64,000 bases of DNA from Lama guanicoe (Eukaryota): assembly GCA_013239625.1 (NCBI GenBank), contig MU055785.1, forward strand, positions 4,154,001 through 4,218,000, given 5' to 3'. A program made the translations under genes and the position numbers. This document shows positions 49,141 through 61,209 of this stretch, piece by piece. How positions within the stretch are numbered: position 1 is the first letter of the stretch; every line of letters starts with the position of its first letter. The notes under the pieces were generated by a model. The model made no database searches. It had not been told where the DNA came from and worked only from the letters and a program-made list of their open reading frames with translations.

Positions 49141-49929
49141 AGTTCTTTGGAAGTGCACTGAATTCAAGGAGGAGTGACAAAAGCAAGTTAATTAAGGTTG
49201 AAAGTTGGGAGAGACTGTGCTGTTGGTCTGGAGTGAGATGGAACACGTGGATCACAGGATGGGCATTCTGCAGATCCTGGGGCCTGCTGTCAGGAAGTGG
49301 ACAGAGTTGAACAGCCTTGTCACTGAGCTGCCACACCATTGCTACAGCTTCCATCATGCCATTGGCATATAAAACCAACATGGTGGCCATCTCCCATGTC
49401 TCTGCTCCCCAGTGATCACCTTCCCACAGGCTCTGGCAGGAAACCAGCATTTCCCTCCAGAGGATATTTTCAGGGTCAGGAATGGGTAGGAGTCTGGAGC
49501 AGGTAGAGGGCCCCTTGGAAAGTGATGACCTCACCATGAGGAGACAGCCAAACAATCACAAAGGTCAGGCATTAGGGTGAATGGCCAACTGGATGCCCTT
49601 CCTTGGTCCTTAGCAGACTTGGGTACATCTGCTCAAGGGGTCCCCTTCCAAGGGGCCTGTGTCCAGCCCATCAAGATGGAATATAATGGGATGGATATAA
49701 AGTCTCCATCCACATTCTGCACGTATCCATTTGATGGATACACAACATTTTTATAACCTTTTTCTCCCCCTAATTTAAACAAATCATATGCTCAGTACAA
49801 AAAAATTGAAAAAGGCAGAAAACCACAACGAAAATGAGTAGTTTATGCATTCTGTGTCTCTTCCACTTGGAGCTATAGTGTGAGCATTTCCCTGAATCAG
49901 TAGATATCCTTTGCCAGGGTGATGTCTTT

Positions 49930-51400
49930 TTTTATCTTTTTTTTTAAATAATTTTAGACTTAAGGAAAAGTTACAAAAATAGTACAGAGAGTTCCCATAT
50001 ACCCTTCACCGACTGTCCCCTAAAGTTAACATCTAATGTAACCGTAGTGCAGTTAGTAAAGCCAGGAAACCAACGTCAATACCGTTACTATTAACTAAAC
50101 TGCAGACCTTATCACATTTTGCCCGTTGTTCCTCTAATGTCCTTTTCCTGACCGAGGATCAAATCCAAGATCCCATGTTGCATTTATTTATCGTGTCTCC
50201 TTAGTCCTCTTTGATCTAACAATTCCTTCGACTTTTCTTGGTCTCTTGTGACCTTGACACTTTGGAAGAGTGCTGGACGGTTATTTTGTAGAATGTTCCT
50301 CAGTTGGGATTTGTCTCCTGTTTTCGTATAATTCAATTGAGATTATGCGCTTTTGACCAGAATCACAGAAGTGATGCTGTGTCCTTCTTAGTGCATCATA
50401 TCAGGGTTCAGGCTTCAGTATGACTCACCACTTGGGGTGTTCACCTTGGTCACGTGGCTAACATGGTATGGGGTGGGTTTCTTCACTATACAGTCCCTCT
50501 TTTTCAGGGTGATATTTGAATGGCTGTATGGCTTTCCGTTATAGATCTCTACAATAACCAGACTCTTTTTGCACATTCAATTTGTTACCTGTTTTTGTTT
50601 GTACTGTTACAAAGAACGCTGCAGTGACCATTCCTACTGGCACGTCTGTTGGCACAGATCTGTGATTATTTTCTTGGGATAAATTCCTAGAAGTAGAAAT
50701 GCTGAAGTAAAGATTATTCACGTGTATAATAAGGCTATGCATGCCTGGGGCAGGGCTATTTGTTTGTTTCTAGGTTTGTTTGTTTGTTTGTTTTAATCAG
50801 CTTTATTGAGGTATAATATTACATATCTGTACAACAAAATACATAAATTTTAAGCATCTATGTCAATGAGTTTTAGCAAATGTATATACCAGGTAACCAC
50901 CACACCAATCACTGTATAAAATACAAAATTTTAAATCTAAAATCTAAAATTTCTTTCACTCTGCAAAATTCCTCGATGCCCCCTTGTAATCAGTCCTCCC
51001 CTAACTCACCCCAGGCAACCACTGATCTCATTTCCATCACCACAGTTTGATGTTACTTATCCTAAGACTTCATATAAATCAGAATTATACAATATGTCCT
51101 CTTTTATAACTGTCTTCTTTGATTGGACAGAATGTCTGTGAGATTCATCCATGTTGTTGTGTATGGTAAACATTTGTTCATTTTTTTTATTGCTGAATGG
51201 GATCCTTTTGTATAAATATACCCCAACTTGTTTATCCATTCTTCCGTTGATGGACATTTGGGCTGTATCCAGTTTAGGGGTATTTGAACAAAACTGCTTT
51301 GAGCATTTGCCTACAAATGGACACACATTTTCATTTCTCTCAGGTGCACACCTGGGAGTGGAATTGCTGGGTCCTAAATAGATGTCTGTTTAACTTTATC
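49930..51400 (-). mobile_element. Cluster of antisense L1M 3' fragments
   Basis: T-rich heads at ~49930 and ~50790, followed by L1 3'UTR sequence (agagagttcccatatacccttcacc; gctttattgaggtataat). Confidence 0.75.
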
Positions 51401-52230
51401 AGACATGACAGGGTGGGTTGTTCTCATGTCCATATTATAGCACAGGCCCCAGAAAGCTTGAGGGGCTTGAACGAAGGCCAAGGGAGGAAGAGAAGTAGAA
51501 TTTGTTGAGCACTGCTCTGTGCCAGGCACAAGGATCAATGCCTTTCTGGTTTATTTCCCTTTCATCTTCATCCCTAGAAAGAAGGGATTGTGATTCCCAT
51601 CCTGTAGGTGAGGACAGTGAGGCTCATGAACGTGCAGCAAGATAAGAGTCTGAGTCTCCATAGTGTGAGACCCCAAGTCCATGTTATTTCACTGGATGTG
51701 AGCCTGCCTCCTTGGAGACAGTAGGCAGTGGAGCTGGGAAGGAGGACACATCTTTCCCCTTTCTCCACTTCTCTGCCTGCCCTTACCTGCATCCTGTGGT
51801 CCACCCTGCCTGTGCCACTGAGGGCAGTAACCTGTGATGCCTGAGTCAGCCCTCTAGGGCGATCTGTGTGCAGGGCCACAGACCAAGCCCCCGTGATTGG
51901 CTGTGAGCCCTCAAAGCCACAGCAGGCACCAGGGAGTGACCCACACTCCAACCCTCTACCAAAGGTGTCCAGTTTCTCCCTCCCTGAAATGCGATCCTCA
52001 GAGTGTTGATCTCCTGGGGTGGTGCGCAGGGGGCGAGGGCACTGGGCAGGGGCCACGTCTCCCCGGCCACGTCGCAGGCCCATTAGGAGCCGGCCTGAGT
52101 GCTTTCCAGAGCTGATTAATGGGCTGCCTGTGACTTGGTATGTCATTACCCCCTGGGCTGAGGGGCCCCCTGGCTGGGTCCTTTGGGTCTTTACTGCTGA
52201 TAACAATTGATGCTTTGTGCATGGCTGCAG

Positions 52231-52380
52231 GGAAAGTTCTATCTGGTCATCGAGGAGTTGAGCCAGCTGTTCCGGTCCCTCGTTCCCATCCAGCTGTGGT
52301 ATAAATACATCATGGGTGACGATGCCTCCAACAGCTACTTCCTGGGAGGGGTCCTCATCATCCTCTACAGCCTCTGCAAG
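52231..52380 (+). CDS. RNFT2: RNFT2 coding exon 7 (GKFYLVIEELSQLFRSLVPIQLWYKYIMGDDASNSYFLGGVLIILYSLCK)
   Basis: Acceptor ggctgcag|G, donor AAG|GTGAGG; 150 nt, phase 0-0; follows a 34,051-nt intron. Confidence 0.95.
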
Positions 52381-52479
52381 GTGAGGGGCCGGGGGCTGCA
52401 GGGCTGGCCTAAGGAGGACCCACTCACTGGCTGCACCTTGAGGGGCAAGTGGGGAGCCCTCATCTCTTTTTGTTTAGTG

Positions 52480-52835
52480 GAAAAATCAAATCCACACAAC
52501 ACAAAATTCACCATTAACCACTTTGTGGTGTACGTGAATGTGGCATTTAGTGGATTGTCAGTGTTGTTCTGCCACCACCTCTGTCTGGTTCCAAGACATT
52601 TTCATCCCCCAGAAAGGAACCCTGTACCCATGAAGCTGTCACTCTTTTGTCCTCTACCAGTCCCCTGGCCACCACTGGTCTTCTTTCTGTCTCTATGGAT
52701 TTCCCTTTTCTGGACATTTCATATAAATGAAATCATACACTATATGACCTTTGAGTCTGGCTTCTTTCCCTTAGCATCATGTTTCTGAGATTCCTCCACA
52801 TTATAACATGTATCAGTCCCTCACTCCTTTTTATG
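52480..52835 (-). mobile_element. L1MB-like 3' end, antisense
   Basis: aaattcaccattaaccac...ggacatttcatataaatgaaatcatacac. This explains the C-terminal tail of ORF 52207..52788. Confidence 0.8.
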
Positions 52836-53700
52836 GTTACATCCGCCCTAATTTCTTGCCCACCAAGCTCACCATATGCTATCCTTTCACGTCGTCTTCT
52901 TCACAACAACCTTTCAGGATACACGCTGTTACTATTCCTATATAATGTGCAAGGGGACTGAGGCCCGGAGAGAAGTAACTTGCCCAGTGTCATTCAGCTG
53001 GAGATCACAGAACGAGTGTCAACCCAAGCAGGCTACCTCCAGAGCCTGGAGCTCATAACCCAGCGATAATACTGCCACAGAATGTGTTTTCTGTTCCTCT
53101 TAAATTACACACCCTCAACTCTGCAAATCAGTATGGATCACTGCTCTTTTCATCATTAGTACAAATCAGGTTTTCCTCCCCTAGCAATAAACACGTGCTC
53201 TTCATTCTTTTACCATATCTATTTCTGGCTTTAGAGAATCCTGGGGGAATGCATGTGTTCCCTTTCTTTCCTCCCAGCAGGACTAGTGAGATAGTCCATG
53301 CAGTGTCAACTGCTGGAGCTTATTTTACCTGCTGATTCTGATCTGCTGGCAGTGGCTGATTGGAGTGCTGGATGGAGAAGGATGAGCATGCCCTGGCTCA
53401 GAAGAAGAGTGCTGTGATCGATTAGCAATGCCTGTCCTGGGCTTGGGATGGGAGAAAGGCAGTAGGCGTGCTATATATTTGCTATCGTGGACCAGTTGGA
53501 AGGGGAGCCTGCAGATAGAAAGCAGCAAGATGAAAGCCGAGCAAAACTGATGGGAATGAGGAGTTTCAAATGGGAAGCTGTGCCCTGAAAATGTTCAGAG
53601 TCTAAGATAAGGGGGGTCCCTGAGGGTTGTTCAGGCATGGTGAGAGAGATCCTGAACAGCCCCTGGATACCTTTCAGCCATCACCCTGCTCTCCTTTCAG

Positions 53701-53766
53701 TCATTCGACATCTGTGGCCGTGTGGGTGGAGTTAGGAAAGCCCTGAAGCTTCTCTGCACCTCTCAG
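53701..53766 (+). CDS. RNFT2: RNFT2 coding exon 8 (SFDICGRVGGVRKALKLLCTSQ)
   Basis: Acceptor ctctcctttcag|T, donor CAG|GTGAGT; 66 nt, phase 0-0. Confidence 0.95.
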
Positions 53767-53902
53767 GTGAGTTGGCTTCTGATAGTCCTAAGCGAAGTCA
53801 CAGAAACCAGGAACTGGAAACAGATCTCACAGTGCTTCTGAGGGTGTCTGTCCAGCGAGGGACCTCAGCTGTGTTTGTTCCTCTCTCCCTTCCATCAAAC
53901 AG

Positions 53903-54004
53903 AATTACGGGGTCCGGGCCACTGGGCAGCAGTGCACAGAAGCTGGTGATATCTGTGCCATCTGCCAGGCCGAGTTCCGAGAGCCTCTGATCCTTATGTG
54001 CCAG
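53903..54004 (+). CDS. RNFT2: RNFT2 coding exon 9 (NYGVRATGQQCTEAGDICAICQAEFREPLILMCQ), first half of the RING
   Basis: Acceptor catcaaacag|A, donor CAG|GTAAGT; 102 nt; contains CxxC...C of a C3HC4 RING. Confidence 0.95.
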
Positions 54005-55069
54005 GTAAGTGGAGCTGGGCGGGGTCATTGGAGATGGGAGCCAGGGGACCACAGAGCCCTGCCCCATGCAGAAGTCCCGAGTGTCTGTCCTGTGACCAAA
54101 CCTCAGAGCTCTGGGGTTGGTCTTTGGGAACAGTGCAGTCATGCCTGGAGTCTGTCAGACCCAGGTTCAAATCTTAGCTCTGCCTTTTACGAGCTGGCTG
54201 TCCTTCGGCAGGTTACTTCACTTCTCTGAGCCTCGGTTTCATCAGCAAACTGTAGAAAATGAAAAATTCAGCATAGTGTAGTGTCACAATATCCTGAGTG
54301 TGAATCTGAGCAGCACTGTGGAGCCTGGGTGGCTCAGTCCATCTCCCTGAGCCTTGATTGTTCTCATTTATAAAATGGGTATCATAATAATGCCTATTTC
54401 ATAGAGCTATTATTATGATTAAATGAGATATCTCTGGAAAGAGCTAAATTTGAATTATTCAGCCCTACAAGTTGCTATTATTACAGTTACTCATGTAATT
54501 ATAATTATTATTACTGTGTGTTTTTATTGTTAGTTGTTGATCACCAAACCATTGCTGTGTACTGATCGGTCACTTTTAACTGCCTAACTTTATCTCTTCT
54601 TCTCCTCTGCCTCCCCCTCTTCCTCCTCCTCTCCCTCCTCCTCCTCCTGACATCAGGGACTAAGACGTCAATTCAGCAAATGTGTATGAGTCAAAGCATC
54701 CTATCAAACACCAGGGAGGAGAGGCAGAGGGCACACAGACCCGCTTCTCTAGAAACACACGGTCTCCTTGGGGAAACAGACACATACATAAATAACTATG
54801 AAACAAGGCAGGCAGTGATAAGTGCTGTGTAAGAGAGATTCATGCAGCATCCCAGGGGACCAGGACGGAGAGCAATGAGTTGCAGGTTAAGAAGGCTTTT
54901 GGGGGAGGCATAGCCTGCAGACCACAAGGAATGGGAGACCATATGGCTCCCTGACCACCACCACCACCTTCCAGAGTTAGGAGGACAGGAGGTGGGGCAC
55001 CTTTTTTTTGGCATCAGCAACATTTTTGGGGGTTTTGCTGTTAGGGGATTTTTAGGGGGTTCGTTTTTA

Positions 55070-56260
55070 ATTTTTGATTGTATTTATTTTAAAATGGAGA
55101 ATAAATTTGCATGACTCAAAATTCAGAAATGTGGCAAAGAAATCATGATGACTAGATGTAATGGTTGGATTCTGGAACAGAAAGAGGACATGAGAGAAAA
55201 ACAAGTCTCAGGAAACCCGAAGAAAGTCTGGAGTTTAGTTCATAGTCATGCATCAACGTGGGTTTCTTAGCTTTGACAGATGTACCACGGTCATGCAAGT
55301 AGCTAATATTAGGGGAGACTGAAACTGGGTGAGGGGTGTACAAGAACTTTCTCTACTACCTCTGCAACTTTTCTGTAAGGCTCAAATTATTCCAAAATAA
55401 AAAATTTGTTAAGAAAATACTTTAAAGTTACAAAAAGGGAAGTGATGTCAGGGCTCCTACCCTTGTCCCCAGCTCCCCAGCTCCCCAGTCCCCTTAATAC
55501 GCACACAGGCAACCACTGTTGCCAGTTTCCTTTATATCTTTCCAGAGATGCTTTGCAGAATTTAAAACACATACATACACACACGCATATCTTTTCCAAA
55601 AAGATATAAGTTGAAGCACGTTCTCCCCAAGCTACGTTCTGCATCTTTCCTTTTTGACTTGAAGCTCTACATTTAGAGAGTGCTTCTTACTTGCATAACG
55701 CCGCATTTTATGGATAGACCATAATTTGTTTAACCGTTCTCCTATTGACGGGCATCTAGTAGTTCATAATCTGGTTATTACAAACATGGCTGCCACGAGT
55801 GATCAGGAATGGGGCGATCTATAGCACTACCTGGGCTCATCGTGTTGATTAAATGAGTTAATTCAGGTAAAGCATTTAGAACTACTCCTGGCACGTGGTC
55901 AAGGTTCAATAAATATTAGCTGTTGCTGGCACATATTCCATGTCACATGCGCATGAGCAGGGTAAATTTCTAGAGGTGGAATTACCGGGTCAGAGGGTAT
56001 ACAGTTCTGACAGCTGTTGCTAAATCGCCCTCCGTAAAGAATGTATCCGTTTATGCTCCCAGTGCAGAGTGCAGCTCGACCTCTTGCTTCCCTCCCTCAC
56101 CAACACACCGCGTTCTCAAGCCTTTTTTGAGCCTTGCCAACCTGACAGGTGACAAACACTATCTCGGTACAGTTTTAATTTGCATTTGCCTAATTATGAG
56201 AGCAGATGATCATCTTTCCCTGTGCTTCAGAGCCATCTGTATTTCCTTCTCGGTAGCAGC
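55070..56260. mobile_element. Mixed L1M fragments (sense 3' end at ~55145-55410 inside an antisense L1ME-like element) plus MIR
   Basis: atgtaatggttggattctggaacagaaagaggacat...attattccaaaataaaaa; gttttaatttgcatttgcc. Confidence 0.6.
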
Positions 56261-56849
56261 GATTATTTGAACATGATGTCAAGGTGAAAGTCTGTCTTCT
56301 TCCTTTCCGGCAATCTCTCCAAGCCTTAGTCTATTTGTCTCTGTCCCATTCTTCTCCCCGTTCTGCTGCGCCTTCCCACAGCTGGATTGGCATTGGTGGG
56401 AGGGTTGGACAAGACACCGCCATCCTGGGTCTAGGAGTAGTGGCCACGCCTCGTGCTGGTGGAAGCCCACAAATATGGCAGTCCTAGCACACGTCTCAGT
56501 CTTTCTCTGCTGCTGTGAGAGGGGCTTGGAATGGCAGAGATGACTTCCACAGTTGAAAGGGCCTCGTGTTCATTCCTAAATGCACTGAATGGATGAACAA
56601 ATGAATGAATGAGGCAAGTGTTACAACCTCAATAAAGGCTTCACTGATTCTGTTTCCCCAGACTAGTCAGTGCCCCCAGCTATATGGCCTCAGTGTTTTT
56701 CCTTCATGGAACTTAGCTAGAGAGCTAATTGGGCAACTGGTTGTGTAAGGTTTGTCTCCTCTTTGCCAAATTATAAGCCACATGAGCGTGGTGACAGTGT
56801 CTGTCTTGTTTAGTAGTGGAATCACAGTACTGACTCAGTAAATATTAGA

Positions 56850-57120
56850 TGAATGTATGGGTGGATGAGATGAATGGATGGGTGGAATGGATGGATGGAC
56901 TGATGGGTGGATGAATGGATGGATGGGATGGACGAGTGGTTGGATGGATGGGATAGGTGAAACGGGCAGATGATTGGGATGGATATGGATGGTAGCCTGG
57001 CAGAGAGGTGGTTGGGTGAGACCCAAGGTGGGTGAATAGACATAAAAAATGTACGGGTGACTGAGTGGATGGACAAATGGATTGGCAGATGAGTGAGTGA
57101 ATAGGTGAGTAGATGAGAAC
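56850..57120. repeat. Degenerate (TGGA)n simple repeat
   Basis: Arrays of atggatggatggactgatgggtggatgaatggatggatgg. Confidence 0.85.
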
Positions 57121-57189
57121 ATTCATTGGTCTCAATAACTTTTTTTAACTTTTAAAAAACATTTTGTTTGGATTTTTATATTATCATTT

Positions 57190-57600
57190 TATATTATCAA
57201 TTTTATTTTGAAAAATGTCAAGCCTCCAGAAAAATTGAATGATAGTAGAACCCTTTTATCCTTTATCTAGATTCACTAGTTATTAACATTTTACCACATT
57301 TGCTTTTTCTTGATATAAATTTTTTCCCCTAAACCTGTTGAAAATAAGTTGCTGACATCTTGATTCTTCATCTCTAAATATTTCAGCAGCCATCTCCCAA
57401 GAACAAGGACATTCTCTCCCCTAGCCACAATTCTATTATCACACCCAGGAAATTTTAAATTGATATAAAATACTAATATTTAAATATATATTCAAATGTC
57501 TCCAGTCTTCTTCAAAATATCCTTCAGAGCTAGAGTTTTCCACCCCCATCCAGGATCCAATCAAGAATCATATACTGCATTTGATTGTCATGTGAAAGTG
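57190..57600 (-). mobile_element. L1MC-like 3' fragment, antisense
   Basis: ttttattttgaaaaatgtcaag...caagaacaaggacattctc...ccaggatccaatcaagaatc. Confidence 0.65.
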
Positions 57601-57749
57601 CTTTTAATGTTGATCTTCCTATAAGGGGAGAAATAGTATCCCCATTTTACAGATGAGGAAATAAAGGCACAGGGAGGTTAAAATCATTTGTCCGAGTTAC
57701 ATAGCCAGAGAGTGGTGGAACCCATTAATGTTTCCAGTCTCCTCATGTT

Positions 57750-58320
57750 TCTCTTGACCCCTATGGTCTATTCTCAACCCAGTCACTAGAAGGACCTTTT
57801 AAAAATACAGCTCCTATCAAATCAGTCCTCTGCTGAAAACCCTGCCATGGCTCCCTATTTCTCTCAGAATAAAAGCCAAAGCCCTCATGGGGCCCACGGG
57901 GCCCTACACAACTCTATGACCTCATCCCATCCTCCACCCCCAGGCTCAATCCCACTCTCCTTATTGTCCCTGCATCACAGCAGGCATATTCCTGCCTCAG
58001 GGCCTTTGCACATGCTGTTCCCTCTGTTTAGAGCACTCTTTTCTCAGGTATCACCCTCCTTCAAGTTTTGCCTAAATAGTGGTATCTCAGGGACATCCTC
58101 CCAGGTCACCCTGTTTATCATCTCGGGCCTCCCAAGCCCTCCAATCCCCCCTTTCCTGTTTTTCCATCTTAGTACTTACCACTGGCAGACTTAACCTCTT
58201 AAGAGATTCATCTTGCCAGGTGTCTCTCTAGCTAAGAATGCAAGCTCTGTGAGGGCAGGAATTGTCTTTTTGTTTGCTGCTGGTCCCAGCAGTGGGTACA
58301 TGGTGGATGCCCCATAAAGT
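57750..58320 (+). mobile_element. L2 remnant immediately upstream of the last exon
   Basis: cctgcctcagggcctttgcacatgctgttccctctg...agaatgcaagctctgtgagggcagga. Confidence 0.7.
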
Positions 58321-58352
58321 GACCCCAGTGGTACTGACCTCTGTCCCCGCAG

Positions 58353-58487
58353 CACGTGTTCTGTGAGGAGTGCCTCTGCCTTTGGCTGGATCGCGAGCGC
58401 ACGTGCCCGCTCTGCCGCTCGGTTGCCGTGGATACCCTGCGCTGCTGGAAGGACGGGGCCACTTCGGCACACTTCCAAGTGTACTAG
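58353..58487 (+). CDS. RNFT2: RNFT2 last coding exon (HVFCEECLCLWLDRERTCPLCRSVAVDTLRCWKDGATSAHFQVY*)
   Basis: Branch point TACTGAC 58332-58338, acceptor ccccgcag|C. Completes the RING (H..CxxC..W..CPLC). Stop TAG at 58485-58487. Confidence 0.96.
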   Translation, partial: HVFCEECLCLWLDRERTCPLCRSVAVDTLRCWKDGATSAHFQVY

Positions 58488-61203
58488 GGCTGAAGACTGC
58501 GGCCTCGATGCTCCCAGGCACACCAGGGAGAGGATAGCAGGTCAGCTGTATTGGGTCCGACACTGGGGACTTCCTTGAAAAAAAGGCCTCAAGCACTAAC
58601 TATCCTCCTTCCTGCCTCTCTCCATCCCTTCCTCTAAAACTAGGCCCCTGCCCTACCTGTCTTCGCCTTCCTCTCTTGTTCATGGTGTGTGCATCCTTCC
58701 CTTACGCGTGGGGAAGCTTCTCACTCAGACTTGGTCTCTGCCCAGGTGTGTCTCCCACACCCCTCCAAGTCAAGGAACTGCTAATAGACCAAGTCCCAGA
58801 TGTTGGTTGTTTTAACCTGTGGTGACCTAATACCTGATGATGCAAACTGGAAAGAGGCCTGGAGGTACTGCCTCCCCGCAAATGGCCCAGGTCTGCAGAT
58901 GAGCATCACTGTGAAGTATTTTCCAAATACAAATGCTGTGCCCCACCTTGTACATACAGTAACTTGGTGTCCCAAACGGTGCAAGCCAGCATTGAGCTCC
59001 CTGCTTGGACGACCTCCTGTAATTCTCACAACAGCCCTATGGTGGAGGTACTATTATTTCTTCTATTTCACGAATGAGAAAACTGAGGCCCGGAGCTCCA
59101 TGTGGTGACTTTCCCAGAGCCACCCGGCGAGCAGTGATGGACCAGGTTTCCAACCCAGGACTGTCTGGCTTCAGAGCCTGACTCTTAACAACGTGCTGAC
59201 CTGCTGCTCATACACTGCAGACGTGGGGCCCAGGAAACATGATTTTTTAAAAGCACAAGAGGTGATTTTGATGCCCACCCGTGGCCCTGGTGCATAGCAT
59301 ATTCAATTTGGACTGTATTGAGAACATGCATAGTGAACACTCACTCCTAAAGTCTAGTCATGGCTGCATCCATGGAAAGACTTGGTCCCTGAACATTGCT
59401 GTTATGCTGGTCTCTGGCTGGAATGTTTAATCAGGAAAAGTCAGTTCTGGTCCAGATGCAGATATCACTGGGTGCCCACTCCCATCTTTATTTCCCTCCT
59501 CCTCCTTTTGTCCTGTCACTTAAGTCACAGGCTTGTCAACAGCTCCACTGGTCATTGCCTTCTCCCCTGGTAGCCTTCAGAGCGAAAGGCATGATCAGTG
59601 TTACAGATTTTTCCACAAGCCAGGGTGCTGGCATAGAGCAGTCATGATCAGTGTTCCTGGAATCTCTGTATCACTGCTACTAATATCTATACCACGTTTC
59701 TCCACCCATGAGACCCTCCCTGCTCTGAAATCTGCCACAGGTGATCCCTTAGAAGCCACTGAAATCTTGCCTACCCTGCCACTCTCCCAACTCTGTTCTT
59801 TCATTGTCAGCCTCAGCACAACGGGCTAGCACCATCCACATTACAGAGAAAGCAGTCTGTGTAGCTACTGAGCAAATTAGCAAGAAAGCCCCAGGAGAAA
59901 TGGTGGGAGCCTTGCTGCCACCTCGCTCTCAGGCAGTGTTCACATGCCCATCCCATCCCCAAGAGATTCAGGACTTTTGCCCCTTTGTGCTCTCAAGCCA
60001 AGACCTTCTCCTCTGCCTGGTATCCCTGGCTCTTTCCTGGTACCCAGCAAGACATCCCTTCCAGGGCAGCATGGCATCTTTCAAGCTCTGTTACTATGGC
60101 AATGGCCACGATGTTACAATCCCACTTGCCTGGATAATCAAGTCGAAAGGGGAAGCAGGGGGAAATAGGGCCGGGTGGATTCAGCTGCTCTGCTCCCCCC
60201 GCCTTGAGGAAGAACTGAAAGGAAGCAACAGGAGCTTCTGCAACTGGTTTTTATCAGAAAGATCACCCTGCCTGCAGATGCCATCAAAGAAGCATGAGAA
60301 ATTGCAGCTGGAGAAGACTTATTAAAGTGCCAGCGTGTGGTGGAGCAGATAGAGCAGTCTGTTGGGAGTCAGGCATGGATTTCTGATTCCAAACTCTGCA
60401 TGACTTTGGGAAGTCACTTCACCTCCCTGTAGCCATCTCCAGGGTGACAAAGCCTAGTGTATTATCTACTGGAACCAGGGAAACTAACACTAGATTACTG
60501 GCGAATACGCCAGCGTTTTTGTCAATTACACTCATGCCACCAAAAGAAATTTTTTTTCTCTAACATTCTGCAGATAATGAGCCATGCCTCCAACACTATA
60601 AAGAGTGTCACATGTTAGGGACCCTCAGGGGCAGGTGGGATGACTTAGTTAAGGATTTTATTTATTCACTTCCTACCCTCTGGGGGAAAGTCACGTCTGG
60701 AGATTTTGTTTTGGCTGGGAGGATTTAACTTCTGCTCTAGGGAGGAACAGTGACCAGTGCAGACATCAGGCTGCATGTATTCCCCAGGACTAGTTTTTAG
60801 TAAAAGCCTCCAAAAGTCACCATTGGAAAGGAAGAACGATGCCATTCTCTTTTACCTGTCTTGGCTCTGCAACTCATTTGTTAGAAGCAGGATTAACTGA
60901 GTGTCAGGTCAGAGAATCCTTCTCTTAATATTTTATGATTCACTGACTCACGTTCCATGAAGTCTTGGAAATGGCCCTCTTAATGTAAAAGATCTTAGGC
61001 AAAATAAGTATGAGAGCTAAAAAGGCAAGCTTTGGACCCAGACAGAATAGGTTCATCACCTTGGGAGACTTCCAGGGCTGCTAAGACTGAGGGTTGGAAA
61101 GAGCTAATGTAAAGTAAGTCCTGGAATCTTTTTAATACTTTTAATACTGGGCCAAACAGAGCTGCTTTTTGGTGTTTTAACATCCCTTGAAGTTGACGCT
61201 GCC

Positions 61204-61209
61204 AATAAA
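61204..61209 (+). terminator. RNFT2: Likely RNFT2 polyadenylation signal (AATAAA), giving a 3'UTR of ~58488-61230
   Basis: First AATAAA I find after the stop. TGTA elements lie upstream (~60984, ~61108) and GU-rich ctctgtggtcttgagtct downstream. An ATTAAA at 60321-60326 is a possible proximal site. Confidence 0.65.

Noticed and set aside
51574-52206. 210-aa minus-strand ORF next to coding exon 7
   Set aside because: No recognisable domain, partly MIR-derived, and lacks promoter or splice support.
56822-57135. His/Pro/Ser-rich ORFs
   Set aside because: Translations of the (TCCA)n strand of a simple repeat.
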